From: an uncultured Candidatus Saccharibacteria bacterium | GTDB lineage: Bacteria; Patescibacteriota; Minisyncoccia; UBA6257; 1-14-0-10-44-23 | Assembly: GCA_964394435.1 (NCBI GenBank) | Contig: CAYMXN010000001.1 | Span: forward strand, 170,428-234,427 | Direction: 5' to 3' | DNA length: 64,000 nucleotides | In this document: piece by piece, positions 33,001-43,059 of the stretch | How the letters are laid out: every line of letters begins with the position of its first letter | Position numbering within the stretch: the stretch's first letter is position 1 | Notes under the pieces: model-generated | The model's input: only the letters and a program-made list of their open reading frames with translations | Told to the model about the DNA's origin: nothing | Database searches by the model: none | Translations under genes and position numbers: made by a program

Positions 33001-33218
33001 AGTTTATTTAAAAGTGGCCGCTGCGAACTCTCGCGAGTTCCAGTGGTCGGGATGGTTCTTGACCTGATTTTAGAGTCTACACCCCGAGGTATGCGAGTTC
33101 CGAGTTCGCGTTGCCAATCAGCCAAGCTTACTGCTAACCCCTCTGGAGCCACGCGCAACGCTACCCACAAGCGACCAGCTTCAAAATAGTACCCTAGTTT
33201 ATTTGTAAAATCAATTTA

Positions 33219-33258
33219 AAAAAATAACCGCCGCCAGCGAGGTAGTGCTGGAGGCGGA
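33219..33258 (-). terminator. Strong minus-strand intrinsic terminator (ccgcctccagc-actacctc-gctggcggcgg plus U-run)
   Basis: 11-bp stem followed by ttattttttt on the minus strand. Ends a transcript coming from the 33.3-33.6 kb region. Confidence 0.6.
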
Positions 33259-33576
33259 GCGTGACTCGAGTCTCTTATTTTTCGATCTCCCGCCAAGCGA
33301 CGCTTGACTGAAAGGAGAAACTTTAGCAGCGCGACTACCTTCCGCCCCCGGAACTTGTAATCATATGTGGCGCGTTTAAAGTTGAAGGGGTCTTTTACCA
33401 CCCAGTACCCTTCTTCTTGGACCAAAATCGGCGGAAAAACATTCGCACGGGCCCGCCTCGGGTGGTCCACAAACGAGAAATACCGGCAGGAGGTTGCCCT
33501 GCTTGTCGATCGCTAATCGACTTCCGGCAAGCACTCGAATGTCATTTTGTGCCAAAAACAGAATAACCTGATTTTC

Positions 33577-34011
33577 TTAGTTAGTCAACACTCCTTCGGC
33601 TATCAACTCTTCGAGTACTCCTTCAGGGATTAGTGGTCGCTCACCTGCTTTGGTGCGACCCGGATAGCGCCACGCGCTAATCATCGTAAGACGTGATGGA
33701 ACGATTTTTAGCCCAGGTTTTACGGCCGAAGTCCCCATCTCTTTACGCGACATCCTTTTATTCGCCTTATACATTATCCAGATTTCGGTTTCTGGTTGTT
33801 TGCGTTGCCCGGAGGTCGAGGCGGTTTTATTGATGTTATGCTTAACTATTTTCATCGCTGCGATTGTTCCCGGCGCGATACCTTCTTCCGTTCTATCTGG
33901 CGAACGTAGTACGCGAAACAGTGCCGAGGCGGGCAAATTATAAAAAACCATCTTATTTTTGATATGCCTCGTCCAACTTGCTCGGGTTGTATTTTCTGGA
34001 AACTTAAACAT
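33577..34011 (-). CDS. Hypothetical protein (144 aa)
   Basis: Translationally coupled (ATGA overlap) to the upstream FtsQ-like gene. No domain recognised. Confidence 0.45.
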   Translation of the reverse strand: MFKFPENTTRASWTRHIKNKMVFYNLPASALFRVLRSPDRTEEGIAPGTIAAMKIVKHNINKTASTSGQRKQPETEIWIMYKANKRMSRKEMGTSAVKPGLKIVPSRLTMISAWRYPGRTKAGERPLIPEGVLEELIAEGVLTN

Positions 34012-34826
34012 TAGCGAGGCTTTACGAGTGCACGATTTTCAACGGTAAGATCAACATACTCAAATCCGGATAAGCCGGGACTAATGCGAAGCTTTTTAAG
34101 TGCGGGGAGTGCGCTAATTGTTGGGTCGAATCGGAGACTGAAGTAGATGTTCGTACCGTTTGCTGCTTCAATTTCGACGCGAAAATCTTTGCGCACAATA
34201 CGAATTTCTTTTACTGCTAACTGCATTTGCTTAACTGTATCAAGAATCTTTTTCGCATTTGTAAACGCGTAGGCGTCTAGTACATTATCTCCAATTACAA
34301 ATTGGCTGCTGGTCGCATATTCGGTTATTTTGGTGATAATTTGCCCATCGGGAATAGCGGATGGTTCAAATGCGATTCCCTGCGTGTCTATCCAGTAGCA
34401 TTGTTCGAGAAATGCTGGTTCTTCGCCGGTGATTGCTGGTGCGATGCACCAAACGGCATATTGTGTTCGTGGAACAACTTGGATACTTATCGTTCGACTT
34501 AAAAAATCTTTTACGATGCTTGTTGAAGCGTATTCAATGTTTGAGTATTGGATAGTTGGGTCCCAGGAGAGGTAGTTTTCGGTGCCGAACAACCTGCCCC
34601 AAAATGTTGTTGCGATTTGCGGCTTTAGTTTCTCGATGAGCGCTGTTGGTTCGATATCGTCTGCCCCGATAACACTGATGCGTTGTATTTTAAAAAGGCC
34701 GGTAAAGCCGATACTGTAGGCGATTATGATGACGACGAGCAAGGAAACGCCAAGCCACGCATATACTTTAATGCGCTTAACTTGCTTCTTCTTTTTGTAG
34801 CGTGTGTTTCCGTAGAGCTGGTTCAT
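34011..34826 (-). CDS. ftsQ: FtsQ/DivIB-like cell division protein (N-terminal basic tail, one TM, POTRA-like region)
   Basis: Architecture and operon context (alr, GIY-YIG, this gene). Confidence 0.55.
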   Translation of the reverse strand: MNQLYGNTRYKKKKQVKRIKVYAWLGVSLLVVIIIAYSIGFTGLFKIQRISVIGADDIEPTALIEKLKPQIATTFWGRLFGTENYLSWDPTIQYSNIEYASTSIVKDFLSRTISIQVVPRTQYAVWCIAPAITGEEPAFLEQCYWIDTQGIAFEPSAIPDGQIITKITEYATSSQFVIGDNVLDAYAFTNAKKILDTVKQMQLAVKEIRIVRKDFRVEIEAANGTNIYFSLRFDPTISALPALKKLRISPGLSGFEYVDLTVENRALVKPR

Positions 34827-35086
34827 CCCGTTAGAGATAGGAAGCGCCCCATCCTATTTTTCAGATAGCGCTTACCCATACCAGTTTTTAAATACACTTC
34901 TCTCGACCGGGCGTCGTCGCGATCCAAACACATCTTACAGTATATGAGTGCGAATGGTCCACGATTTTTTGTCCACTGCGATTGGTTCATGTTGTGTTGA
35001 GTGAGGCGCTTCCGTATGTCATTCGTAAATCCAGTATACCAGCGTTTATCTTTTTTGCTTTGCAGGACATAGACGTAGTAAAACAT
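34823..35086 (-). CDS. Stand-alone GIY-YIG nuclease-domain protein (UPF0213-like)
   Basis: FYYVYVLQS...RWYTGFTNDIRKRLTQHN GIY-YIG signature. Confidence 0.75.
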   Translation of the reverse strand: MFYYVYVLQSKKDKRWYTGFTNDIRKRLTQHNMNQSQWTKNRGPFALIYCKMCLDRDDARSREVYLKTGMGKRYLKNRMGRFLSLTG

Positions 35087-35131
35087 TTTTTATCTCTAAC
35101 GGGATTCATTCAGTTTGGATTAGTTAGGCAG

Positions 35132-36274
35132 TTAGTCGGTGATGATATGTTCGATAAGCGGATTGATGCGTGTGATGATTTCGTACGGACTAGTCCCAAT
35201 TTTCAGAGCTACTTCGCGAGCGGTAATTTCTTCTTTCTTATCTTTACCGATAATAGTAGCGATTGATCCAACTTTTGCTCCGACACCTGTTACGTCGATC
35301 GCGATCATATCCATTGAAACGCGGCCAAGCACTTTGGCGCGCTGTCCATTTATCAGCACTACTCCACTTGATGAGAGTGCCCAAGGGTAGCCGTGCCAGT
35401 AGCCGATAGGTACGATAGCGATTTCGGTTTTCCGGGTAAGACGTTCGGTGAGATCGTATCCGATATACTCCCCTTTATTGCCGGTTTTAACCTCGCTAAT
35501 GACCGCTCGCCAGCTTAGCGCGGGAGTTAGGCCGAGTGAGGGCATCTGAATTTCGAGCTCTTTCGAGGGGTATATGCCATACAGACCGATACCAACACGT
35601 ACAACATCAAGATGGTATTTTTGATCAAGGAGTGTTCCTCCGGTAGCGGCGATGTGGCGTTTGATATTAGTAAATCCGGCAGCTTCAAATTGTGCGATCG
35701 CCTCCTGAAATCGCTTGAACTGCTGCTCGGTAAAGGTCGGGTATGCGATATCTTTGGCGCTCGCAAAGTGTGAAAAAATACCTTTAAGCTTAAGATTTTC
35801 TTTCTTTACTTTTGTAATTACTTTTTTTACGTCCTGCACAAAAAAACCCTGTCGTAACATCCCGGTGTCAATTTTGATATGTATCTCGGGACGGTCGATT
35901 GGCGACTCGATTTGTTCAACGAGCGCTTCGAGGCCTTCAAATGTTGAAATTGAGAGCGTAATTTTATATTGTGCGGCTTTTTGGTAAAGCGTTGGCAGTG
36001 TTGAGCCGAGAACTAAGATTGGGCGTTGAATTCCCTGTTCGCGCAGTTTAATTCCTTCGATAACGCTGTCGACACAAAATCCACTAATGCCGAGCTCATT
36101 GATTACTTTCGTAAATGAAAAAATGCCGTGGCCGTACGCATTTGATTTTACGACTGACCAAACTTCTGTTTGTTCAGCTGTGAGTGATTTAATTACTTCT
36201 AAGTTATGAGCGACCGCACTCCGCGATATTTCAATCCACGTTTTCCATTGCGGAGTAGTTTTTTGTTGCGCCAT
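35132..36274 (-). CDS. alr: Alanine racemase
   Basis: PLP-lysine motif VVKSNAYGHG. 380 aa. Confidence 0.88.
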   Translation of the reverse strand: MAQQKTTPQWKTWIEISRSAVAHNLEVIKSLTAEQTEVWSVVKSNAYGHGIFSFTKVINELGISGFCVDSVIEGIKLREQGIQRPILVLGSTLPTLYQKAAQYKITLSISTFEGLEALVEQIESPIDRPEIHIKIDTGMLRQGFFVQDVKKVITKVKKENLKLKGIFSHFASAKDIAYPTFTEQQFKRFQEAIAQFEAAGFTNIKRHIAATGGTLLDQKYHLDVVRVGIGLYGIYPSKELEIQMPSLGLTPALSWRAVISEVKTGNKGEYIGYDLTERLTRKTEIAIVPIGYWHGYPWALSSSGVVLINGQRAKVLGRVSMDMIAIDVTGVGAKVGSIATIIGKDKKEEITAREVALKIGTSPYEIITRINPLIEHIITD

Positions 36275-36342
36275 ATCTTATTAGTATATCAAAGAATAAA
36301 TAAGGCCCCCAGGTACGACAGCGTACCTAGGGGCTAGTTCTC

Positions 36343-36639
36343 TTAGCGTCTCATTTGGCGACGCACTTCGGGGTCTTGCAGAAGCATGTCCATGAACTGC
36401 TTCTGCTCCTTGCCGACGGTGCCGGGCGGCTGCAGGAGAAGGATTCCAAAGGCGCGCTGGACGCTCTGCGCGGCTCTGCGCGTATACCCCTGCAAAACGT
36501 CGCGATGCGGCGGTGAATGCATCGCAGTCTTTACGACATGATCGACCGCACCGCGGTCGATCGCCGAGCTTTCGGGGCGAAAGACGTCGTGCAACCCGTC
36601 CTCCGTGTACTTAATTCTCGGCCGAGACGAAACTGACAT
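36343..36639 (-). CDS. Hypothetical protein (GC-rich ORFan)
   Basis: RBS ggaggg. A terminator hairpin (cccccaggtacg...cgtacctagggg) lies downstream. Confidence 0.45.
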   Translation of the reverse strand: MSVSSRPRIKYTEDGLHDVFRPESSAIDRGAVDHVVKTAMHSPPHRDVLQGYTRRAAQSVQRAFGILLLQPPGTVGKEQKQFMDMLLQDPEVRRQMRR

Positions 36640-36766
36640 ACTAACCCTCCAAACTACAGCTAGCCTCGATGCTTCTCGTGTCGAGTCCCATTTCTCGCTG
36701 CGGAAGCATCAATAACTAACTTTTCGAGTATAATACAAAAATCCCGCCTGTAAAGCGGGACTTTGT

Positions 36767-38050
36767 TTATTTGATTTCTTTGACTCCGGAGTATTTTTGC
36801 AGAACTTTTGGAATTTTAATCGTACCTTTTTCAGTTTGATTGTTTTCCATAATCGCAATGAGGATACGGCCGATGGCAAATGCAGTAGCGTCGTTGGTGT
36901 GTGCGTATACCGTTGTTCCGTCTGCTTTGCGAATCTTGGTCGCGAGGCGTCGGGTTTGATAATCGGTCATTAAGTCAGAGGTGTGTGTCTCACGATACCT
37001 ATCCTGACCAGGCATCCACGTCTCCATATCTACCTGGCGAGCGTCCGGCTTACCCATATCACCCGTACAGATTTGTACAACTTGGTATGGAAGCTCTAAT
37101 TGCTGTAGGAGATACTCCTGAATCGCAATAAACAAGCGCTGCTCCTTTTCGGAGTCTTCTGGAAGTGTAAATGATTCCATTTCGAGCTTGTCGAATTGAT
37201 GCATACGCAAGATGCCTTTTGTATCTTTGCCATAACTACCGGCTTCACGGCGGAAGCTAGTCGAGTACCCAATGTACCGAATTGGCATATCTTCAGCCTT
37301 AAGGATCTCGTCCATATACATCGAACCAAGGGTGTGTTCAGCACTACCAATCAAGTAGAGGTCGTCTTGATCGAAGTGATAGCGCTCATCTTTATCGGCC
37401 GGGCTTAAGCGCGCCATACGAACATACGGCTCTGGTTTAATCATTACTGGCGGGATTACCGGTACGAATAACTTCGGGTTAAATCCTTTTTCGACGCTAT
37501 TCGCTAATTTCTTCATCACCTTTTCGTCGGTAAGCGTATCAAAGACAAACTGAATAATACCCATTTGAAGCTTGGCGAGCGCTCCTTTGAGATACACAAA
37601 GCGAGCACCAGAAACTTTAACGGCGCGCTCGCTGTCGAGCAGTCCGAGTTTTTCGCCGAGCGCTACGTGATCGAGTGGCTTAAAGGAAAACTTGGTCGGC
37701 TCACCCCACTTTCGAATTACTTTGTTTTCTGACTCATCTTTACCAGCTGGTACGTCCGGATGGAGTAGGTTTGGAATCTGGTATACGAGCTCGATGCGCT
37801 TTGCTTCGAGCGACTCAACTTGCTTTTCCTTTTCGCTAATTTCGGTTTTCAGCTTTTTCGCCTCTTCGATTTTTCGCTCCGCTCCATATTTTTTCTGTAG
37901 GGCGCGAGCTTGCTCAACTTCATTTAAGAGTGAGCGCCACTGCTTATCGACGGTTAAGAACTCATCGACAATCGCGCTATTCATATTGCGCAACTTCATC
38001 GAGTCTTTGTATGGCTGTGGATTTTCGCGAAGGTGTTCGATGTCGATCAT
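36767..38050 (-). CDS. serS: Seryl-tRNA synthetase
   Basis: N-terminal coiled coil and class II motifs (FRREAGSYGKDTKGILRMHQFDKLE). Confidence 0.92.
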   Translation of the reverse strand: MIDIEHLRENPQPYKDSMKLRNMNSAIVDEFLTVDKQWRSLLNEVEQARALQKKYGAERKIEEAKKLKTEISEKEKQVESLEAKRIELVYQIPNLLHPDVPAGKDESENKVIRKWGEPTKFSFKPLDHVALGEKLGLLDSERAVKVSGARFVYLKGALAKLQMGIIQFVFDTLTDEKVMKKLANSVEKGFNPKLFVPVIPPVMIKPEPYVRMARLSPADKDERYHFDQDDLYLIGSAEHTLGSMYMDEILKAEDMPIRYIGYSTSFRREAGSYGKDTKGILRMHQFDKLEMESFTLPEDSEKEQRLFIAIQEYLLQQLELPYQVVQICTGDMGKPDARQVDMETWMPGQDRYRETHTSDLMTDYQTRRLATKIRKADGTTVYAHTNDATAFAIGRILIAIMENNQTEKGTIKIPKVLQKYSGVKEIK

Positions 38051-38059
38051 AGAAGTATG

Positions 38060-39511
38060 TTAGTTATCTTTTTTAGGACGAAGGATTGGGAAGAAGACGG
38101 TTTCACGGACTGGTTTATCAACGAGAATTGAGAAGAGTCGTTCGGAAATGCCAAAGCCGTGGTTTGGTGGCATACCGTACTCCATTGCTTCGAGGTAGTC
38201 CTCATCGAGACGCTGCGCCTCTGGGTCGCCAGCCTCACGGAGCTTTTGCTGCTCCTCAAATCGAGCACGCTGATCTTGTGGGTCGTTTAATTCGGAAAAT
38301 CCTTTGCCGAGCTCGGTACCGGCGGCTACTACCTGGAAACGAGCAACCTTATTACTGCCCGGCGAAAGACGCTTAGCAAGTGGCTCGATATCAACTGGTG
38401 GGTTGATTAAGAAGCATGGCTGAACTAACTTGTGGCGAATCTTTTTAAAGATTGCGTCAGTGATACGTCCACGGCCAATATGTTTTGTCGTATCGATTCC
38501 CTGCTTTTTCGCATGCTCATAGAGCTGCTCGTCGGTCGCCGTATTGAGGTCGATACCCGTTTCTTTCTTAAAGATATCGAAGTAGTCGACACGCCCCCAT
38601 TTCTTTCCCCAATCGATTGTGATATCGCCACGCTTAGTTTTTAGCGTGCCCATCGTTTGCTTAATAACGTATTTATAGAGTTTTTCGATAAACTTCATAC
38701 CACCTTCGTAGTCCTGGTACGCCCAGTAGTATTCGAGCTGGGTGTAGTCCTGGAGATGTTCGGCGTCAATGCCTTCGTTGCGGAAAATGCGCCCGATTTC
38801 AAATACTTTTTCAAAACCACCGACAAGCAAACGCTTGAGCGGAAGCTCGAGTGAGATACGTAGTGAAAGGTCTATGTCGAGTGCGTTCATATGAGTCATA
38901 AACGGTTCGGCATCAGCACCACCGGGGGTTTGTTCGAGTACCGGCGTCTCCACCTCTAAGAATCCGTTTTTAATTAAAAACGTGCGGAATGCGGCCCAGA
39001 ATTTTGTTTTCCTTTTGAATGTTTCGCGAAGCTCCGGGTGAAGCATTAAGTCGAGGTAGCGCTTGCGCAAGCGAGTCTCGACGTCGGCGATACCGTACCA
39101 CTCGGAAGGAATTGGGCGAATTGATTTAGTGATTGTGCGGAACGAGGTCGCCTGTAAGCTCTTCTCTCCTTTTTTCGTTACAAACGCGGTGCCGGTCGCC
39201 TCGACAAAGTCGCCGATATCAGTGTTATTGCGCACGAGCTCGAAGTTTTTAGTCGCGTCTTTAGAGAGAACAAGTTGAATCGCTCCGTTTTCATCTTTGA
39301 GGTCGAGAAATGAGATACCGCCCTGTCCACGCAACGCAAAAATACGCCCAACTAGGGTTATTTTTTTCTTTTTGTTGTTATAGCTCTTCCAATCAGCGAG
39401 GAGTTCGCTGATGGTGTGCGTGCGCTTAACTGACGCGGGATACGAGTCATATCCTGCTTCAGTTAAATTATCTTTTTTCTTGAGTCGCTCTTTGATGATA
39501 TCTTCGAGCAT
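38060..39511 (-). CDS. lysS: Lysyl-tRNA synthetase (class II)
   Basis: OB-fold N-domain, then FEIGRIFRNEGID and class II motifs. Confidence 0.92.
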   Translation of the reverse strand: MLEDIIKERLKKKDNLTEAGYDSYPASVKRTHTISELLADWKSYNNKKKKITLVGRIFALRGQGGISFLDLKDENGAIQLVLSKDATKNFELVRNNTDIGDFVEATGTAFVTKKGEKSLQATSFRTITKSIRPIPSEWYGIADVETRLRKRYLDLMLHPELRETFKRKTKFWAAFRTFLIKNGFLEVETPVLEQTPGGADAEPFMTHMNALDIDLSLRISLELPLKRLLVGGFEKVFEIGRIFRNEGIDAEHLQDYTQLEYYWAYQDYEGGMKFIEKLYKYVIKQTMGTLKTKRGDITIDWGKKWGRVDYFDIFKKETGIDLNTATDEQLYEHAKKQGIDTTKHIGRGRITDAIFKKIRHKLVQPCFLINPPVDIEPLAKRLSPGSNKVARFQVVAAGTELGKGFSELNDPQDQRARFEEQQKLREAGDPEAQRLDEDYLEAMEYGMPPNHGFGISERLFSILVDKPVRETVFFPILRPKKDN

Positions 39512-39562
39512 ACGTATAGTAGTTATTAGTTGCGGCTTATAGCTAAAAAACTACAAACCGGG

Positions 39563-40018
39563 TTATTCAATTTTGAGAATCTTGTAAGTTGCTTCACCGG
39601 CTGGAATCTTTATCTTCACCTCATCGCCAGCTTTTTTGCCAATAAAGGCTTTGCCAAGTGGTGATTCGTTGGAAATCATACCAGCTTCCGGACGAGCTTC
39701 GTTTGCGCCAACGATAGTGTACTTAAACTTTTTACCTTTTACCTCAACGTCGATAGTCGCACCAATCTGTACCGTTCCTTTGCCGTGCGTCATCGTAATG
39801 ACTACCGCATTTTTGATAATATCTTCAATTTCAGAAATACGGGTTTCTACCCACTGCTGCTCTTCACGAGCTTCAAAGTATTCGGAGTTTTCCGAGAGAT
39901 CGCCAAGTTCTTTGGCGCGCTTAAGACGATCAGCCACATCCATGCGCTTCGTGGTTTTCAGTACCTCTAGCTCCGCCTTTAACTCTTCTAACTTTTCGGC
40001 TGTTACGTGGTGCTCCAT
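39563..40018 (-). CDS. greA: Transcription elongation factor GreA
   Basis: N-terminal coiled coil with DLSENSEY and a C-terminal FKBP-like domain. Confidence 0.9.
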   Translation of the reverse strand: MEHHVTAEKLEELKAELEVLKTTKRMDVADRLKRAKELGDLSENSEYFEAREEQQWVETRISEIEDIIKNAVVITMTHGKGTVQIGATIDVEVKGKKFKYTIVGANEARPEAGMISNESPLGKAFIGKKAGDEVKIKIPAGEATYKILKIE

Positions 40019-40094
40019 ATATATAGTACTAATGATAAGTTGTTGCTTAGCCTATCATATCCGCCCCTCTTCGCATAGTGCCGATATGCACAGA

Positions 40095-40856
40095 CTAGTT
40101 TTTGCTATTTCCGAGAATTCTCCTAAACCAGATACTGATCGCCTCGCCCATAAAACTCATTGAGCGAGCAAACGTGTTTCGCTTTTGGTTATTACACGCC
40201 CAAAAGATCGGAATTTCTTTAATTTTTAGCTTTTTCTTCTTCGCGAGGATCAGCGCCTCAAGGTCAAACGCCCACCCATTTGCCTGAACAAGCGGAAAGA
40301 TGGCGTCCGCGGATGAGGCCGAGAAGCACTTAAATCCACATTGCGTATCTGATATCCCGCGAATGAAAAATAGTTTTGAGAAGAAGCGCCAAATGCGGGC
40401 GCGAAGTTGCTGTGCACTACTTGGTTTTGGGCTCATACTGCTGCCGGAAAGATAACGCGAACCGATTACGATATCGTAAGCGTTGTCTCGCTCGGTCGCA
40501 CTCGCATCACCGCTTGGCGCAAGATATGGGCGCATTTTCAGAAACTCAACAACGGTTGCCGAGTTGTCCGCGTCTATCGCAAGCTTCCAACTTCCTTTTG
40601 CCGCGCTCATTCCTGTGCGTAGTGCGTACCCCCTCCCTCGGTTATCTGGAAGTGCGATTACCTTCAGATTCGTAATCATAGTCGCGAGGCGTTCGACGAT
40701 TTGCGCGGTTTGATCTTCTCCCTTGCTGATAACCGCTATGATTTCATATGAAAAATCTTGCTGTGAGAGATGTCGATCAACATCAATGAGTGTCAGCGGG
40801 AGACGCTTTGCTTCGTTATACGCGGGGATAACAACTGATAAAAATGGACGAGCCAT
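40095..40856 (-). CDS. Family 2 glycosyltransferase (polyprenyl-phosphate glycosyltransferase-like)
   Basis: SVVIPAYNE and DADNS (DxD) motifs. Confidence 0.8.
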   Translation of the reverse strand: MARPFLSVVIPAYNEAKRLPLTLIDVDRHLSQQDFSYEIIAVISKGEDQTAQIVERLATMITNLKVIALPDNRGRGYALRTGMSAAKGSWKLAIDADNSATVVEFLKMRPYLAPSGDASATERDNAYDIVIGSRYLSGSSMSPKPSSAQQLRARIWRFFSKLFFIRGISDTQCGFKCFSASSADAIFPLVQANGWAFDLEALILAKKKKLKIKEIPIFWACNNQKRNTFARSMSFMGEAISIWFRRILGNSKN

Positions 40857-40966
40857 TGGGGTAGAGATATGAATTACGAGTTATGAAGTGCGAACTAAGA
40901 GGCGAGAATAATTATATTGAAAGTATATCACGGGTTGGGCTGATTTTGATGCTTAACCGTACCCTA

Positions 40967-40994
40967 TTGACAAATATTTATAGTGTGCTATAAT
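40967..40994 (+). promoter_or_regulatory. Consensus sigma70 promoter TTGACA-N16-(TGc)TATAAT with extended -10
   Basis: Exact consensus hexamers, seen in the sequence. No ORF lies downstream. Confidence 0.6.
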
Positions 40995-41000
40995 ACTTTT

Positions 41001-41590
41001 ACCGACGTGGATGGGCCCTGAGCCCCTCTCCACGGGCGCGTGTTTTTTGCGATGCGTGTTTTTGAGGTAGGTTGTTCGAGTGATTAGCCCCCGGTGGCCG
41101 TACACTTGAATCCCCTCCTCTGTCCGGGTCGACAACGACTCGGAGGTTCGCGGATACTCGACTTGGTAGGTCGAGTCGGGACGTGGTCTTATCGGACCAA
41201 CCCGCGCAGGTCCTAGAGATAGGGCCGAATTCCTCCTCTGTCCGCTGAGGGGGTACGGTCATCGCCGGGATAGTAGTGGGGTGCGAAAGTAACTCCACGA
41301 CAAAGAGCTATCTCGACCGATGGTTGAATGAGCTTTAGGTAAGCTCTGGGTGAATCGTCAGCACCCTAAATTGAGATGGATTGGCCTGCAACTCCGGGGG
41401 TCAATGTCAACTCAAAGCTAGTCGTGCGAGTCATCGGCGTGTACCAAATGCTACGATGACAGCGACGAACAGGTTTCGTACTCTGCCTGCAGTGTGCGTC
41501 GCAAGTTAACGGGTTAAATTCCCGTCGATGTGCACAAAGAGTGCTCTTCCCCTGGTTGCCGTAAAGCGTAGCCAGGGGATCTTTTTATTC
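41001..41590 (+). ncRNA. Candidate large structured ncRNA (about 590 nt, about 58% GC), class unknown
   Basis: Bracketed by the consensus promoter above and an intrinsic terminator (cccctggtt...agccagggg plus ctttttatt at 41549-41590). No ORF of 60 aa or more on the plus strand. Many internal hairpins and a repeated cctcctctgtccg motif. Confidence 0.35.
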
Positions 41591-42343
41591 GGTTAAGATT
41601 TTATTGCCTTTTTCCGTGATGACGATCGTGTGTTCAAAGTGCGCGGAGTTTTTGCGGTTAGCAGAACCATAGCTTTCGTCCGCAAGCTGGACAACTTCGC
41701 CAGTGCCGATAATAACCATTGGCTCGAGTGCGAGCACCATTCCTGGGACAAGCTTCATCCCCTTACCTGGACGCCCTTCGTTAAATACTGATGGGTCTTC
41801 GTGAAGCTTGGTTCCAATTCCGTGGCCGGTTAATCCCTGCGCAACACAAAAACCTTTTTTCTCAACAAAATCCCCAATCGCAAATCCAATATCACCAAGT
41901 GTGTTGCCTGGTTTAGCTGCTTTAATACCACGTACAAGCGCCTGTTCGGTAACCTCAATAAGCTTTTTATCTTGTTTGGAAATATTACCAATTGGAATCG
42001 TAATTGCGGCATCGGCATAGTATCCTTCGTAAATAACTCCGCAGTCGATACTGATTAGATCACCGTCTTTAATGACACGCTTGCTCGGTACGCCGTGGAC
42101 AACTACGTCGTTTGGTGAAACGCAGAGTGTTGCCGGGTATGGGCGAGTTGCTCCTTCTGGACGATAGTTTAAAAATGCTGGCTTACCTCCCGCGTCTTCA
42201 ATTAGTGAGCGAGCCAGCTCGTCGAGTGCGCTAATAATTACACCCTCTTTCGCGACCGCCTTAATTCGCTTAAGTGTCATTGCTAAAATCGCACCAGCCT
42301 TGGCGATTTTTTCTATTTCAGCTTGAGATTTAATTAACGCCAT
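41585..42343 (-). CDS. map: Methionine aminopeptidase type I
   Basis: M24 pita-bread fold motifs. 252 aa. Confidence 0.92.
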   Translation of the reverse strand: MALIKSQAEIEKIAKAGAILAMTLKRIKAVAKEGVIISALDELARSLIEDAGGKPAFLNYRPEGATRPYPATLCVSPNDVVVHGVPSKRVIKDGDLISIDCGVIYEGYYADAAITIPIGNISKQDKKLIEVTEQALVRGIKAAKPGNTLGDIGFAIGDFVEKKGFCVAQGLTGHGIGTKLHEDPSVFNEGRPGKGMKLVPGMVLALEPMVIIGTGEVVQLADESYGSANRKNSAHFEHTIVITEKGNKILTE

Positions 42344-42346
42344 ATC

Positions 42347-43045
42347 TTACGGAAGATGTTTTTCGATTTGCTTAAAGACAAACTCCGGGAGCGGCTCGGC
42401 ATTTATTTTAAATACCTGATACTTACGCTTCTCGAGCTCGGCTAAAATCGGCATCGTACGCTTATCATACTCAACTAGGCGATCACGGATCACTTTTGGA
42501 TTATCGAGACTGCGTTTACGCAAAAGCCCATAGCAGATTGGGCAGTGTTTGCTGCGTGTCGTCGGGTTAAACACGGTCGCACATACCGAACACACTCGGC
42601 GGACCGAGTTGCGCTTAATTGATGTTTCTGGGTTTACCTTTAAAAAGAAGAAGTACATATTTTTCTTTCCATAGTACTCTTCTATTGTTTTAACTAAGCC
42701 TTGGCGCTTCTCATCGCCAAACGCCTCATACATCGTACGTGGTGAGCCGCTAAAAATGATGCTAACGCCCGACTTACCGACGGTAATCGCCTGTTTAGTG
42801 GTCATGCCGAGCACCCAGGATGGGGTCATAAGGATTCCGGCATCAAAGAGGCGCTTCTCGCGTTGAATCATCTTATTATTGCGGTTGGCCGGGTCGCGAA
42901 TGACTGATTCCAGATAGCGGCCGGAATCAAAATGAAAATAATCCCGTTTCCAGGATATAAGGTTGGCTTGGGTTCCTTTTCCCGAGCCTGGAGGCCCGTA
43001 AATGATGATTGCTACTTTGCGCATTTGTCTTTGGTAGTTTACCAT
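42347..43045 (-). CDS. adk: Adenylate kinase (with zinc-binding lid Cys motifs)
   Basis: YGPPGSGKGTQA P-loop and CSVC...CPIC lid. Confidence 0.85.
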   Translation of the reverse strand: MVNYQRQMRKVAIIIYGPPGSGKGTQANLISWKRDYFHFDSGRYLESVIRDPANRNNKMIQREKRLFDAGILMTPSWVLGMTTKQAITVGKSGVSIIFSGSPRTMYEAFGDEKRQGLVKTIEEYYGKKNMYFFFLKVNPETSIKRNSVRRVCSVCATVFNPTTRSKHCPICYGLLRKRSLDNPKVIRDRLVEYDKRTMPILAELEKRKYQVFKINAEPLPEFVFKQIEKHLP

Positions 43046-43059
43046 AAAGAAATCAACCT

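Noticed and set aside
33216-33470. An 84-aa minus-strand ORF.
   Set aside because: Its C-terminus would be encoded by the stem of the intrinsic terminator hairpin (ccgcc..gctggcggcgg), and it has no RBS. It is more likely noncoding.
41001-41590. RNase P RNA, tmRNA or SRP RNA identity for the large ncRNA candidates; also considered for 49712-50872 and 6657-6905.
   Set aside because: I searched by eye for GGAAAGTCCGG and ACAGAA-CCGGCTTA (RNase P), for a GGGG 5' end with T-arm and ANDENYALAA-like tag (tmRNA), and for GGAAGCAGCC (SRP). None was found, so the class is left unknown.
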